Positions 9,730 through 20,050 are shown, counted from the first letter of the stretch. The stretch: 64,000 nt of DNA from Candidatus Omnitrophota bacterium (GCA_018897555.1 JAHIKK010000034.1:4527-68526), one strand, 5' to 3'. Translations and numbers: made by a program. Notes: generated by a model from the letters alone, not told the origin.

Positions 9730-10745
9730 TCATTGTTTTAAAACCTGATGCCAGCCAGCAGCAAGTTGATCATATCATCGAAAAGGTAAAGGCCCTGGGC
9801 CTGACTCCGCATGTTTCCAAGGGGTCAGAGAGAACAATTATCGGTGTTATTGGGCCGGAGGATGTATTACGCGTTACGCCTTTAGAGGTTTTTCCGGGCG
9901 TAGAAAATGTTATTTCGGTGCTTTCGCCGTTTCGCTTAGTTTCCCGGGAGTTTAAAAAAGAGGATTCAGTAATTGACCTGGGTAAAGGTGTAAAAATCGG
10001 CGGCAAAGAGGTGGTAATTATGGGCGGGCCATGCACCATTGAAAATATCGATAGCTTATTTGAAATTGCCCGCGAAGTTAAAAAAGCCGGCGCAACCGTA
10101 CTGCGCGGAGGCGCTTTTAAACCGCGCACCTCTCCTTATAGTTTTCAGGGTTTAGGTAAGGCCGGCTTGCAGATGCTTAAGCAGGTAGGCAATGAGTTAG
10201 GTTTAGTTACCGTAAGTGAAGTTATGGATAGCCGGGACGTGGATTTGGTTGCCGACTACGTGGATGTCCTGCAAATTGGCTGCCGGAACATGCAGAATTT
10301 CAATCTTTTAAAAGAGGTGGGTGCTACTAAAAAGCCCGTGCTTTTAAAACGGGGGATGGCTTCTACGGTTAAAGATATGCTCATGTCCGCGGAATATATA
10401 TTAAGCGGCGGGAATTTTTCGGTAATTCTTTGCGAGAGAGGAATCCGCACTTTTGAAGATTCCACGCGCAATACTTTAGATATTAGCGCAGTGCCGGTAA
10501 CCAAACAACTTTCGCATTTACCCATCATCGTTGATCCGTCGCATGCTGCCGGAAAATGGAACCTGGTTGGGCCTTTAGCTAAAGCGGCAATTGCCGCCGG
10601 AGCCGACGGTTTAATTATAGAAGTGCATAATCATCCTGAAGAAGCGGTTTCTGACGGAGCGCAATCACTTATTCCGAGCAAATTTTTTAATCTGATGGGT
10701 GAACTTAGAGGCGTGGCTAATTCTGTGGGAAGAAAAATTTTATGA
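9726..10745 (+). CDS. 3-deoxy-7-phosphoheptulonate (DAHP) synthase, type I-beta with N-terminal ferredoxin-like regulatory domain
   Basis: GGPCTIEN...LRGGAFKPRTSPYSFQGLG core, preceded by a ~90-aa regulatory domain as in Thermotoga-type DAHPS. Confidence 0.85.
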   Translation: MIIVLKPDASQQQVDHIIEKVKALGLTPHVSKGSERTIIGVIGPEDVLRVTPLEVFPGVENVISVLSPFRLVSREFKKEDSVIDLGKGVKIGGKEVVIMGGPCTIENIDSLFEIAREVKKAGATVLRGGAFKPRTSPYSFQGLGKAGLQMLKQVGNELGLVTVSEVMDSRDVDLVADYVDVLQIGCRNMQNFNLLKEVGATKKPVLLKRGMASTVKDMLMSAEYILSGGNFSVILCERGIRTFEDSTRNTLDISAVPVTKQLSHLPIIVDPSHAAGKWNLVGPLAKAAIAAGADGLIIEVHNHPEEAVSDGAQSLIPSKFFNLMGELRGVANSVGRKIL

Positions 10746-11572
10746 AAATGTTCAATAAAGCCGTAATTATCGGCACAGGCCTAATCGGAGGGTCAATAGG
10801 CTTAGCTTTAAGAAAACAACATTTAGCCGGCCAAGTAATTGGTTTAAGCCGCCAAGCGAAAAATGCCAGATTAGCTAAAAAGGTTGGTGCCATTGATCAA
10901 GTTGGTTCATCATTAGAGGCGGTGGCGGATGCGGATTTAGTTATCTTAGCCACACCGGTTAATACCATTATTGATCTTGGTTTAGGCATTGTAAAAAAAA
11001 TAAAAAAAGGCTGCATTGTTATTGATGTCGGCAGCACCAAAGAGCGCATTGTTTCTAAATTAAGCGTGCTGATCCCCAACTTTTTGGGTTGTCATCCTTT
11101 GGCCGGATCAGAAAAGAAAGGAATTGCTAATTTAGAAGATAATATTTTTAAAGGCTCAATTTGCATTATTACTCCCACAATTAAAACCAGCCGGCGCACT
11201 TTAAATAAAGTCAAGCTGCTTTGGAAGAAATTGGGCGCGAAGATCGTTATTCTCTCCGCAAAAAAGCACGATCAGGCCCTGGCGTTTACCAGCCACCTGC
11301 CGCATGCCGTAGCTTTTTCCTTGATGAACTCAATTCCGAATTCATGTTTAGGTTTGAGTTCCAGCGGCCTAAGTGATACTACGCGCATCTCTGGTTCTGA
11401 TGCCGGGCTCTGGAGTGAAATATTTCTAAGTAATCGTATTAACTTATTAGCTGACTTATCGATTTTTCAGGCAAAACTTTCCGCTTTAAAGTTTGCTTTA
11501 GAAAGTAAAAATAAGAGACGGCTTAGGAAAATTCTCCTATTGGCCAGGAAAAAAAGAGAGAAACTGGGATGA
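10742..11572 (+). CDS. tyrA: Prephenate dehydrogenase
   Basis: Rossmann IIGTGLIGGSIGLAL and a prephenate dehydrogenase C-terminal domain. It sits in an aromatic amino-acid cluster. Confidence 0.8.
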   Translation: MKMFNKAVIIGTGLIGGSIGLALRKQHLAGQVIGLSRQAKNARLAKKVGAIDQVGSSLEAVADADLVILATPVNTIIDLGLGIVKKIKKGCIVIDVGSTKERIVSKLSVLIPNFLGCHPLAGSEKKGIANLEDNIFKGSICIITPTIKTSRRTLNKVKLLWKKLGAKIVILSAKKHDQALAFTSHLPHAVAFSLMNSIPNSCLGLSSSGLSDTTRISGSDAGLWSEIFLSNRINLLADLSIFQAKLSALKFALESKNKRRLRKILLLARKKREKLG

Positions 11573-12243
11573 TTATTGCTATTGATGGGCCAGCGGGCGC
11601 GGGGAAAAGTACTGTCGCTAAAATTTTAGCTAAAAGGCTGGGTTTTCTTTACATTGATACCGGTGCAATGTATCGGGCTTTAACTTTGAAGGTTTTAGAG
11701 AATAATGTGCCCATCAATGATGAACCGGGTATTATTCAGCTGGCTCAGGGAGTAAAAATAGGCCTGCGCAACAACACAGATGGATCATTAACGGTTATGC
11801 TTGACGGAAAGGATGTTTCTTTGGCTATCCGCCAAGGAAAGGTTACACAATTTGTTTCGGACGTGGCTAAGATTAAAGAGGTGCGTCAGGTATTGGTAAA
11901 GATGCAAAGAGAATTTGGCCAAAAAGGAGATTGTGTTTTAGATGGCAGGGATATCGGCACGGTAGTTTTTCCGCAGGCTGCGAAAAAGTTTTTTATCGAT
12001 GCTTCTATAGGCGTGCGGGTTCAGCGGCGTTTCAAGGAATTAAAAGGTTTAGGCCAAAAGGTTACGGAGGATGAAGTGGCTTTCGATTTAGCTAATCGGG
12101 ATAAAATTGATTCTACCCGCTTAACTTCACCTTTACGCCTTGCTCCTGATGCAATTTATATTGATACCACTGATTTTTCTATAGAGCAGATAGTAGAGAA
12201 GATGTTTAATTTATGTAATATTGAGCCTTCGGTAAATGGATAG
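11569..12243 (+). CDS. cmk: Cytidylate kinase
   Basis: IIAIDGPAGAGKSTVAK P-loop and FLYIDTGAMYRA motif. Confidence 0.9.
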   Translation: MIIAIDGPAGAGKSTVAKILAKRLGFLYIDTGAMYRALTLKVLENNVPINDEPGIIQLAQGVKIGLRNNTDGSLTVMLDGKDVSLAIRQGKVTQFVSDVAKIKEVRQVLVKMQREFGQKGDCVLDGRDIGTVVFPQAAKKFFIDASIGVRVQRRFKELKGLGQKVTEDEVAFDLANRDKIDSTRLTSPLRLAPDAIYIDTTDFSIEQIVEKMFNLCNIEPSVNG

Positions 12244-14035
12244 GACACTGCTTAGGAATTTTTCGATTATTGCGCATATTGACCATGGTAAATCTACTCT
12301 GGCGGACCGGATATTAGAGATTACCGGAGCGGTTGATAAACGGCATAAAGGCGATCAACTTCTGGATGATATGGAATTGGAAAAGGAGCGGGGCATTACG
12401 ATTAAGGCTTCCATGGTCAGGTTGAATTATTTTTCCAAGAAATTTAACCGGGAGTATATTTTAAACCTTATTGATACCCCCGGCCATGTAGATTTTACCT
12501 ATGAAGTATCTAAGTCTTTAGCTGCCTGTGAGGGTGCGGTGTTGATAGTAGATGCCGGCCAGGGGATTGAAGCGCAAACCGTGGCAAATTATTACCTAGC
12601 CTTAGAAAATAATCTGCAGGTTATCCCGGTCATTAATAAGGTGGATTTAATTTCCGCCGATGTGCCCCGGGTAAAAATGCAGGTAGAGACGGTCTTAGGT
12701 TTTAAAGAAGAAGAAATTATTCTGGCTTCCGCTAAAGAAGGCCAGGGGGTTATCGAAATTTTGGATAGGATTATTGAAACAATTCCCAGCCCCGGCGGCC
12801 AATTAGATGGCCCGCTTAAAGCTTTAATTTTCGACTGCCGTTTTGATGCTTTTAAAGGGGTGGTAGTTTTTGTAAAAGTTATTGACGGGATAATTACTCC
12901 TAAAACGCAATTGAAGATGTTTCATGCCGGAAAAGTCTATAAAATCGAAGAGCTGGGTGTTTTTAAAGATTTGAAATACTCGGCTGTGGATGACTTGACT
13001 TGCGGTGAAGTCGGGTATTTTACCGCTAACATGCGTGATCCCCGGGAGGTAATTATCGGAGATACGATTACCGATCCGAAGAATCCCTGTGAGCAGGCTT
13101 TGCCGGGTTACCGCAAAGTAAAACCTCTGGTTTTTTGCGGTATTTATCCGGTTAATCCTGCGGATTTTCCGCAGTTACGCGATGCCCTGGATAAATTAAA
13201 GCTTTCTGATGCCTCCTTTGTCTTTGAGCCGGAAAATTCCCAATCATTCGGAGCAGGTTTTCGTTGCGGCTTTCTGGGCCTTTTGCATATGGAGATTGTT
13301 CAGGAAAGGCTTCAGCGCGAGTATGATTTAAACCTTATTCTTACCGTGCCTAATGTAGTTTACCGCATAAAGACAAAATCCGGGGAACTTATAGAAGTAG
13401 ATACGCCGATGAAGCTGGGTGCGCCTGGCGATATCCAGGAGGCGCAAGAGCCATTTGCCAGCTTGCTGATGATTGTGCCGGTTGATTCTATAGAGGCAAT
13501 TTGCGATTTTACTAAATCCCGCAGAGGAGTATTTGTTTCCAATGAATATTTAGGCGAGGATCGCGTAAAAGTAGTATTTTCGATACCTCTTTCTGAAATC
13601 ATTGTGGATTTTTATGACCGCATGAAATCGATCACCCGGGGTTATGGTTCGATGGATTACGAGGTTAAGGAATATTTGCCGACAAAATTAGTTAAACTGG
13701 ATATATTGCTCAATAGCCAGGTTTGCGATGCCTTTTCATCTTTAATGTTTAAAGAAAAAGCTACCAGCCGGGCGCACCTTTTAGTTTCTAAGCTCAAGGA
13801 GCTGATTCCGCGGCAACTCTTTGAAGTAACGATTCAGGCAGCCATAGGCAGCCAGATTCTGGCGTCGGAAAAAGTGCGTTCAGTCGGTAAAAATGCCACC
13901 AGTAAATGTTCCGGAGGCGATATTACCCGTAAACGTAAACTTTGGGAAACTCAGAAAAAAGGCAAGAAGAGGCTAAAACAGTTTGGCAAGGTGGAGATAC
14001 CCCAAGAGGCTTTTCTGGAGATATTAAAAATATGA
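12236..14035 (+). CDS. lepA: Translation elongation factor 4 (LepA)
   Basis: NFSIIAHIDHGKSTLADRILE GTPase N-terminus and a LepA C-terminal domain. Confidence 0.95.
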   Translation: MDRTLLRNFSIIAHIDHGKSTLADRILEITGAVDKRHKGDQLLDDMELEKERGITIKASMVRLNYFSKKFNREYILNLIDTPGHVDFTYEVSKSLAACEGAVLIVDAGQGIEAQTVANYYLALENNLQVIPVINKVDLISADVPRVKMQVETVLGFKEEEIILASAKEGQGVIEILDRIIETIPSPGGQLDGPLKALIFDCRFDAFKGVVVFVKVIDGIITPKTQLKMFHAGKVYKIEELGVFKDLKYSAVDDLTCGEVGYFTANMRDPREVIIGDTITDPKNPCEQALPGYRKVKPLVFCGIYPVNPADFPQLRDALDKLKLSDASFVFEPENSQSFGAGFRCGFLGLLHMEIVQERLQREYDLNLILTVPNVVYRIKTKSGELIEVDTPMKLGAPGDIQEAQEPFASLLMIVPVDSIEAICDFTKSRRGVFVSNEYLGEDRVKVVFSIPLSEIIVDFYDRMKSITRGYGSMDYEVKEYLPTKLVKLDILLNSQVCDAFSSLMFKEKATSRAHLLVSKLKELIPRQLFEVTIQAAIGSQILASEKVRSVGKNATSKCSGGDITRKRKLWETQKKGKKRLKQFGKVEIPQEAFLEILKI

Positions 14036-14607
14036 GTTTAAACAAGAAGTCCGTAATCCGTGATTGGGCTGAATCAATTATTATCGCCTTTTTATTGGCT
14101 TTAGTCATCCGTACTTTCCTGGTGCAGGCCTTTAAGATCCCTACCGGAAGCATGCGCATGACTTTAATTGAAGGGGACTTGATCCTGGTGAATAAATTTA
14201 TTTATGGGGCAAAAATTCCTTTTACTAACTTGCGCCTGCCCGCGCTCAAGCCTCCCAAAAGAGGGGATGTGATTGTTTTTATTTATCCGGAGGATAAGAG
14301 CAAGGATTTTATTAAAAGGCTGGTGGGGTTTCCCGGAGATGTGGTTGAAATTAAAGGCGGCTCAATTTATATTAATGATAAACCCGCTCCGGAGGCGATA
14401 TTTAACCAGATTTATTATTACAATCGGGGCCAATTGGATGCACCGGGCCAAAAGATGGTTGTGCCTAAAGACAGCTACTTTGTTTTAGGGGATAATTCCG
14501 CTACTTCTAAAGATAGCCGTTATTGGGGGTTTGTGCCCAAAAATAATTTACTTGGGCAGGCGATAATTATCTATTGGCCGCTACAGCGCATAAAATTAAT
14601 TAAATGA
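14032..14607 (+). CDS. lepB: Signal peptidase I
   Basis: GSMRMTLIEGD (Ser box) and GDNSATSKDSRYWGFVP box. The start is set at the internal ATG at 14032 rather than the ORF-track start at 13942, which overlaps lepA. Confidence 0.85.
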   Translation: MSLNKKSVIRDWAESIIIAFLLALVIRTFLVQAFKIPTGSMRMTLIEGDLILVNKFIYGAKIPFTNLRLPALKPPKRGDVIVFIYPEDKSKDFIKRLVGFPGDVVEIKGGSIYINDKPAPEAIFNQIYYYNRGQLDAPGQKMVVPKDSYFVLGDNSATSKDSRYWGFVPKNNLLGQAIIIYWPLQRIKLIK

Positions 14608-15167
14608 ATATTGCCAATAAAATCTCAACCTTTCGCATTTTAAGCGTTCCATTTTTTATTGCTTGCCTATTATATTATGCGCCGGAAAGGGCATATTTAA
14701 AAAATTTGGCTTTGGCTATATTTGTACTGGGGGTTATTTCTGATGGTTTAGACGGCTATATCGCCAGGAAGGCTAAAATGCAATCAACAGCAGGATTAAT
14801 TTTAGACCCCCTGGGAGACAAGCTTTTGTTAATGAGTGCCTTTATATTTTTATCGCCGGTTTGCCGGTTGGGATTAAAATTTCCGCTTTGGGTGAGTTTT
14901 ATCGTGATTTCCCGGGACCTGATTATCATCATTGGGGCGATAGTTATCTACATGGTTAAGCAGAATTTATCTGTGCATCCCACTAAATGGGGTAAACTGA
15001 CCACTACTTTTCAGATGCTTTCGGTGATTAGTGTTTTATTGCAATGGAAGCTGGCGATGTTGGTCTGGTGGCCGGCGGTAATCTTTACGGTTATTTCAGG
15101 GATAGATTATGTAAAGAGAGGGTTCAAAATTTTATATGCTGTTGACAATCGCCGCGCTATTAATTAG
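14604..15167 (+). CDS. pgsA: CDP-alcohol phosphatidyltransferase (CDP-diacylglycerol--glycerol-3-phosphate 3-phosphatidyltransferase-like)
   Basis: DGLDGYIARK...ILDPLGDKLL matches the CDP-OH phosphatidyltransferase motif. Multi-pass membrane protein. Confidence 0.8.
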   Translation: MNIANKISTFRILSVPFFIACLLYYAPERAYLKNLALAIFVLGVISDGLDGYIARKAKMQSTAGLILDPLGDKLLLMSAFIFLSPVCRLGLKFPLWVSFIVISRDLIIIIGAIVIYMVKQNLSVHPTKWGKLTTTFQMLSVISVLLQWKLAMLVWWPAVIFTVISGIDYVKRGFKILYAVDNRRAIN

Positions 15168-15777
15168 CTATCTAATCGGTTCCATTCCTACGGCTTATCT
15201 TTTTGGCAGGGTGTTAAAAGGAATTGATATCCGTAAAGTTGGTTCAGGTAATGTTGGCGCCACTAATGCCTTGCGCGTTTTAGGTAAAGGGCCGGGAATC
15301 ACAGTACTGATTATAGATATACTTAAGGGGTTGATCGTAGTTTCCTTCCTGGGAGATTATTTTAAGTATAAAGAGATTTTATGGCAGGTAGAAAACTTAC
15401 GTATTATCATGGGGTTATGCTGTATTTGTGGCCATAACTGGACGATATTCTTACAGTTTAAGGGTGGCAAAGGGATTGCTACATCTTTAGGGGTACTGCT
15501 GGGGCTGGCTTTGAGAATAAATGGATTAAATATTGTAATTGGTATACTAATTACAATCTGGTTTGCGGTTTTTTTTCTTTTCAGGATTGTCTCATTAGCT
15601 TCGATAATTGCGGCTATAGGACTGCCGGCAGCTTGCATATTTTTTAAGCAGTCGCTTCTTATGATTACTGTATCTTTGGTACTTTGTATTTTAGTAATTA
15701 TCCGTCATAAGGCTAATCTGCTCAGGATCTTCCAAGGTAAAGAACCCCGTCTCAATTTTAAAAAATCCCCTAGTTAA
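15136..15777 (+). CDS. plsY: Glycerol-3-phosphate acyltransferase PlsY
   Basis: GSIPTAYLFGR...GSGNVGATNALRVLG signature. Confidence 0.85.
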   Translation: MLLTIAALLISYLIGSIPTAYLFGRVLKGIDIRKVGSGNVGATNALRVLGKGPGITVLIIDILKGLIVVSFLGDYFKYKEILWQVENLRIIMGLCCICGHNWTIFLQFKGGKGIATSLGVLLGLALRINGLNIVIGILITIWFAVFFLFRIVSLASIIAAIGLPAACIFFKQSLLMITVSLVLCILVIIRHKANLLRIFQGKEPRLNFKKSPS

Positions 15778-15916
15778 GGCTTAAGCAAACGCTTTCTTTT
15801 TAAGGCCAAATCGTATTGATTTAGCCTTTTTTTGCCTGCATACTTGAGTTGATATTAAATAGTTTTAAAAAGGGCCGGATTAATCAACTGTTAATCCGGT
15901 TAATTGCAAGGAAAAG

Positions 15917-16255
15917 ATGAGAAATTTACTCTATAAAAACCTGTCTTTCCCCAATCAGGGCCGTAAAATAATCGCTAGCTCTGAGATAGCTGATAAAGAA
16001 GGTGTGCATAGCGTGGTGCGTAGGCATTTTACTTATATCATCCGATCGATCAAAGGTAGGGGTGTAATTAAACCGCAGCCGTATCTGTATGTTTTAAAGA
16101 GAAGAAATACTAAAGAGAGGCAAGAGCATTTTTTCTGTAAGATTAAAGGCAGTGTTCAGGCAGTAAATAAGGGAAGCTTATTTCAAATTTCATTTGTGCA
16201 CACTTTAAACATTGATCTTACTGTTTCTGCAAAACTAGGCGAGCAGGTCGGATAG
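15917..16255 (+). CDS. Hypothetical protein (doubtful ORF in an AT-rich spacer)
   Basis: Open reading frame only. No recognisable motifs and lysine/arginine-rich low-complexity composition. Confidence 0.2.
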   Translation: MRNLLYKNLSFPNQGRKIIASSEIADKEGVHSVVRRHFTYIIRSIKGRGVIKPQPYLYVLKRRNTKERQEHFFCKIKGSVQAVNKGSLFQISFVHTLNIDLTVSAKLGEQVG

Positions 16256-16265
16256 ATTAAAAACT

Positions 16266-16322
16266 AGGGACCGTTTCTATTTTTCTTTATTAATAAGGTT
16301 CAGAAAAATAGAAACGGTCCCT
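16266..16322. repeat. Palindromic repeat copy A (AGGGACCGTTTCTATTTTTC ... GAAAAATAGAAACGGTCCCT), abutting the stop codon of the 1080-aa minus-strand gene
   Basis: 20-bp perfect inverted repeat. Nearly identical copies occur at 19630-19697 and 25944-25989. Confidence 0.85.
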
Positions 16323-19300
16323 TTATTCTAGATAAATTTCTATCTTCTTAATTTGGCGTGACCTTATTTCCTGGGCATAGGGTGAGGGTATAACTGAGGA
16401 ATTAAACTCTACGGGTTTATCCGGATCCTGGATAATAATTTTTTTAATGCTGGCCGCATTTTTTCCGAAAGTATTTTTCCTTTTAGGATTATGATAGGTT
16501 ACTTGAATTTGGCTTAAGAAATTAAAAGAATACTCTCCGTTTTTATCAAATAACCAACCCGCAAGACTGGGCTTAAAGGTTAAATTAAGCTCGCCGGTTT
16601 CATTCAATGAAAATGGGCTTAGCCCGGTATTCATCAATAGCCAGATATGTACGAATTCCGCGGTTGAACCGGAGAGTCTGGCTACAAAGCCGTTCCCATG
16701 TAATTTCTTATCGGCAAAAGCGCTGCTAACCAGGAAAGAGGAGTTTTCCAATATGCTGCGTCCGTAGTTTTGCGGATTTTGGAAAGGAATAAGTACGTTT
16801 TTAAATTCGGCATAAAACTCTTCCGTCAAGCCGGCTTTAAGCAGTTCCAGGATATACTTATACTCCATATGTAACCAGATGGATTCATTCTCCAGCCAGC
16901 CCGGGCTAAATATCCTGCATCTGCCGATCTCTTCCGGCATGGCATTAAGCGGAGCGGTTACTTTGTACATCTTTAGTTTTTTATCAAAAAGCGCGCTCTG
17001 CTTAGTTGCTTTGTGCAGAGCTAAGCTTTGCTGGTGATCATCAGTGAGCCTTAAGGCATGTACTTGCCCTTCCAGAAACAGAGGGGCGGGCTTTTGATTA
17101 AATCTTTTCGGTTTTAGGTTATGCTCCCCGAGCAGGTCATATTCTGTAACTTCGTTAATAAAGTATGCGTTGTAGAGGCCCTGGGTTTTGTCAAAAGCCT
17201 TATTTAATCCGCAGTCTACTTTTTTTAGTGCCGCATCTAGAAAACTGATAAGTTTATCCGCCGGAAAATTAGTCAGGGCACCGGAAAAACCCAAAAGAGT
17301 ATTATGCCGGTAATTTTCTTTTAGGGTATTGCTTTTATCCCAATAAGAGAATGCGTCTTCTGAAAATAAGCTGGAGAGTTTTTCGATGAAATTAGCTATT
17401 TCTTCGGCAAGCTCGATATCTTTAATTGGGGAGTTTTCTAAAGCCGCCTTTAGCATTTTAAGCAGGCGCTTTAATTCAAAGGTTTCACAGGTGGATGAAC
17501 CAAAAAGGGCAGGCAGCCCGTTGAGTGAATCAAACCAGTTAGGTTTATTGGCTTCCATTTCAATGCCTACGCCGGAGGCATCTAAAGAGGCCAGTTTATT
17601 TACCGCCAAACATAAAAGTTTAGCCGCCAGCGTAGTGTAATGAATTTGGCCTTCCCCGTGAAGTGTCCTTAAAAGATGCGGATTAATCAGGCGTTTGCGC
17701 AGCATTTCTTTTTTATTGCTGTCTAGTGAAAGGGAGTGTAATTGGCGCGCCTGGCCGTTATGCAGGATATATTTTTCACTCCGCGGCTTGACTATTTCCG
17801 CGTTATCGTAAAATGAGAAAACTTTTCTGGCAAAGAAGAGTTCATTGGCCTTCTCCGGATATAACCCCAGGTAACTATCGATTAAATCCAGATTATAAGC
17901 CCAGTGATCTGTCCAAAAACCTTCTCCATGCTCAGCCTCCTGTATTCTTAAAGCGCAAGGCAGGAGGAGATTCAGAAAATTATCAATTGATCCATTAAGC
18001 ATAATTTTGTTTTCTTCAATAAAAAAGATAAGTTCTCCCGGAGTAAAGGGTTTTTTCAGGAAAGGGCTAAGGGTTTCTAAGCCATTTTTTTTAACTACCG
18101 TTTGCAGCAGTTTTTCTAAATCCAGGTTATCGCGGACCAGAAAGCTTTCCGGCTTTACTACCAGTGGATTAAAACCATCCGCCTGGATTAAATTCATAAA
18201 GAAAATAATATTTTCATCCTGGATCTGTGGGTTAAACCAAAGGTCATTGCGGCGGTTTTGATTTGTGTCCCGGTAGTTACCGTTACCCTGGGAAAAATAC
18301 GTGGGTTGCAGCTGAAAGTTGTTATAGTCTCTTTCTAAGTCACCGTGTTTGCGTGAATAAAGATAGAAGATAATCTTGGTGAATTCCGATGCCTCCCCGG
18401 AAGGTTTAAGGGCGGGGCGGGAAAAAACTTCCGGATAGCCGCCGCGCATAATGTTATCTAAATAAGTCTGTCCGGCGTATAAATTAAACTCCGCGGAACT
18501 GCTTTTAGTTAAGATATCATTTTTTAGTTTTTCAATTAACTCTTTGTTTTGGCGCAGCTTATTCTGAATATAGCCTACTGAACTGATTCTTTTAATCGAG
18601 CGATTTAAGGTCTTGCTGTCTCGCGACTGGCCAATCACTGCGTAAAATGTTTTCTGTTGGTTTGGTTTTAGCTTTAGGTCCATTAAGAGTAAGGCGCTGG
18701 GGGTTTTGCTCTGGGTTATTTGCTCAGCCGGGTATAAAAATTTAGGCTTAGCTAAAAATTCAGCCGGATAAGAGAAATCCGTTACCGCGCCGAAAACAAC
18801 CTGCGGATCAACTATGGGTTTAAGCAATTGGGTTTTTTCGCCTTTGAAATGGAACCCCAGATAAAAATTCCCCGCGTCAATATGCACGACTTCGGGCCGG
18901 TCAGCAGGGTCAACCTCAAGCTTATAAAAGGGGACAGAATTTTTTAGGTTATCAATTTTCATCCAGGCCTCAATGGTCCGCCCGAGTTTTTTTAGGAAAA
19001 AATTGTTTACGCCAAAAGGGACAATTTGCGGTAATCCATCAATAAGCTGCAGGGATTTAGGTTTATTGCCGGTATTTTCTATAGTTACTGTCCGGCTTAA
19101 GCCGGCATAAGTATCATTGGGTATGTTAAAGTATTGAATCCGGGTTTTAATTCCCAGCGTGCGATTCTCTTCCTCCAGGATAAGCTCAGCAGAACTTATG
19201 CGCAGAGAATTGATTATTTGGTACTTTAGATTCCCGTAGCCATTATGGAATGGTTCGTAATAAATAGATTTGGATTTACCGGATTTAATCTTGATAAAAG

Positions 19301-19565
19301 TGCGGAATCCATGGCTAGAAACGAACTGCCAGGATTTGTTAGCCGGGAAGAACTCTAAGATAGCGTGGTCTTTATCCTTGGTGCCGAAACTACAGATGCA
19401 TTGCCCGCGATTAACATAGAAAACCCACATGGGGATCCCGTATTTTCCGGCAATCCCCGGGAAGAAATTAGCAAAAGGCTTGGCGTAATTGTAGTTTTCA
19501 ATCACAAATTCGCCTTGTTTATTTAAATAATACTTGGTTTTTAATGGGTCGGTTTTTGTTTTCAT
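16323..19565 (-). CDS. Large (1080 aa) hypothetical protein, possibly a GH94-superfamily-like glycoside phosphorylase/hydrolase
   Basis: Long uninterrupted ORF with its own promoter-like sequence. The motif GNGNYRDTNQN resembles the catalytic G-x-G-D-W-N-D motif region of GH94/GH149-type phosphorylases. The size matches GH149/GH161 enzymes. Only weak motif-level support. Confidence 0.35.
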   Translation of the reverse strand: MKTKTDPLKTKYYLNKQGEFVIENYNYAKPFANFFPGIAGKYGIPMWVFYVNRGQCICSFGTKDKDHAILEFFPANKSWQFVSSHGFRTFIKIKSGKSKSIYYEPFHNGYGNLKYQIINSLRISSAELILEEENRTLGIKTRIQYFNIPNDTYAGLSRTVTIENTGNKPKSLQLIDGLPQIVPFGVNNFFLKKLGRTIEAWMKIDNLKNSVPFYKLEVDPADRPEVVHIDAGNFYLGFHFKGEKTQLLKPIVDPQVVFGAVTDFSYPAEFLAKPKFLYPAEQITQSKTPSALLLMDLKLKPNQQKTFYAVIGQSRDSKTLNRSIKRISSVGYIQNKLRQNKELIEKLKNDILTKSSSAEFNLYAGQTYLDNIMRGGYPEVFSRPALKPSGEASEFTKIIFYLYSRKHGDLERDYNNFQLQPTYFSQGNGNYRDTNQNRRNDLWFNPQIQDENIIFFMNLIQADGFNPLVVKPESFLVRDNLDLEKLLQTVVKKNGLETLSPFLKKPFTPGELIFFIEENKIMLNGSIDNFLNLLLPCALRIQEAEHGEGFWTDHWAYNLDLIDSYLGLYPEKANELFFARKVFSFYDNAEIVKPRSEKYILHNGQARQLHSLSLDSNKKEMLRKRLINPHLLRTLHGEGQIHYTTLAAKLLCLAVNKLASLDASGVGIEMEANKPNWFDSLNGLPALFGSSTCETFELKRLLKMLKAALENSPIKDIELAEEIANFIEKLSSLFSEDAFSYWDKSNTLKENYRHNTLLGFSGALTNFPADKLISFLDAALKKVDCGLNKAFDKTQGLYNAYFINEVTEYDLLGEHNLKPKRFNQKPAPLFLEGQVHALRLTDDHQQSLALHKATKQSALFDKKLKMYKVTAPLNAMPEEIGRCRIFSPGWLENESIWLHMEYKYILELLKAGLTEEFYAEFKNVLIPFQNPQNYGRSILENSSFLVSSAFADKKLHGNGFVARLSGSTAEFVHIWLLMNTGLSPFSLNETGELNLTFKPSLAGWLFDKNGEYSFNFLSQIQVTYHNPKRKNTFGKNAASIKKIIIQDPDKPVEFNSSVIPSPYAQEIRSRQIKKIEIYLE

Positions 19566-19587
19566 TTGTATTAACTTAATTATTAGT

Positions 19588-19615
19588 ATTTTACATATTT
19601 TTCCATATTTGTCAA
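19588..19615 (-). promoter_or_regulatory. Sigma-70-like promoter for the 1080-aa gene (TTGACA-16 nt-TAAAAT on the minus strand)
   Basis: Minus-strand -35 at 19610-19615 and -10 at 19588-19593, about 25 nt upstream of the start codon. Confidence 0.35.
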
Positions 19616-19629
19616 CTTATAACGGATTT

Positions 19630-19697
19630 AAATCCAGGGACCGTTTCTATTTTTCCTGGTTAAATTATAAAGAAAAATAGAAACGGTCCCTGGATTT
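19630..19697. repeat. Palindromic repeat copy B (extended ~26-bp stem) in the divergent promoter region between the 1080-aa gene and gatC
   Basis: AAATCCAGGGACCGTTTCTATTTTT ... AAAAATAGAAACGGTCCCTGGATTT. Confidence 0.85.
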
Positions 19698-19760
19698 TAG
19701 TTTAGCCCTGTTGACTTTTAAGAATAAAGATGTTAAAATAAATAAAATTTTGGAGGGAAA

Positions 19761-20048
19761 ATGTCGATAGATAAAGAAACAATTAAGCATGTTGCGCATT
19801 TAGCGCGTATCGAATTGCAGCCTAATGAGTTAGATAAGCTGTCCGGAGAGCTGGATGAGATATTAGGCTTTATTGATAAGCTTAAGTATTTGAATCTGGA
19901 GCAAGTTAAGCCTGCCAGCCATATTTTACCCATAAATAATGTATTGCGGGAGGATGAGCCGCATGTTTCTTTGACCTCGGAAAAGGCTTTAGAAAATGCC
20001 CCGAGTAAACAGGGAAACTTCTTTAGTGTCCCCAAAATAATAGAATAA
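19761..20048 (+). CDS. gatC: Asp/Glu-tRNA(Asn/Gln) amidotransferase subunit C
   Basis: 95 aa with [12 protein letters not shown] motif, immediately upstream of gatA and gatB. Confidence 0.85.
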   Translation: MSIDKETIKHVAHLARIELQPNELDKLSGELDEILGFIDKLKYLNLEQVKPASHILPINNVLREDEPHVSLTSEKALENAPSKQGNFFSVPKIIE

Positions 20049-20050
20049 TC

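Noticed and set aside
13942-14031. Upstream extension of the lepB ORF overlapping lepA by 94 nt
   Set aside because: The internal ATG at 14032 lies right at the lepA stop, and the product from there starts with a typical signal-peptidase N-terminal TM. The extension is read-through of the lepA frame shift.
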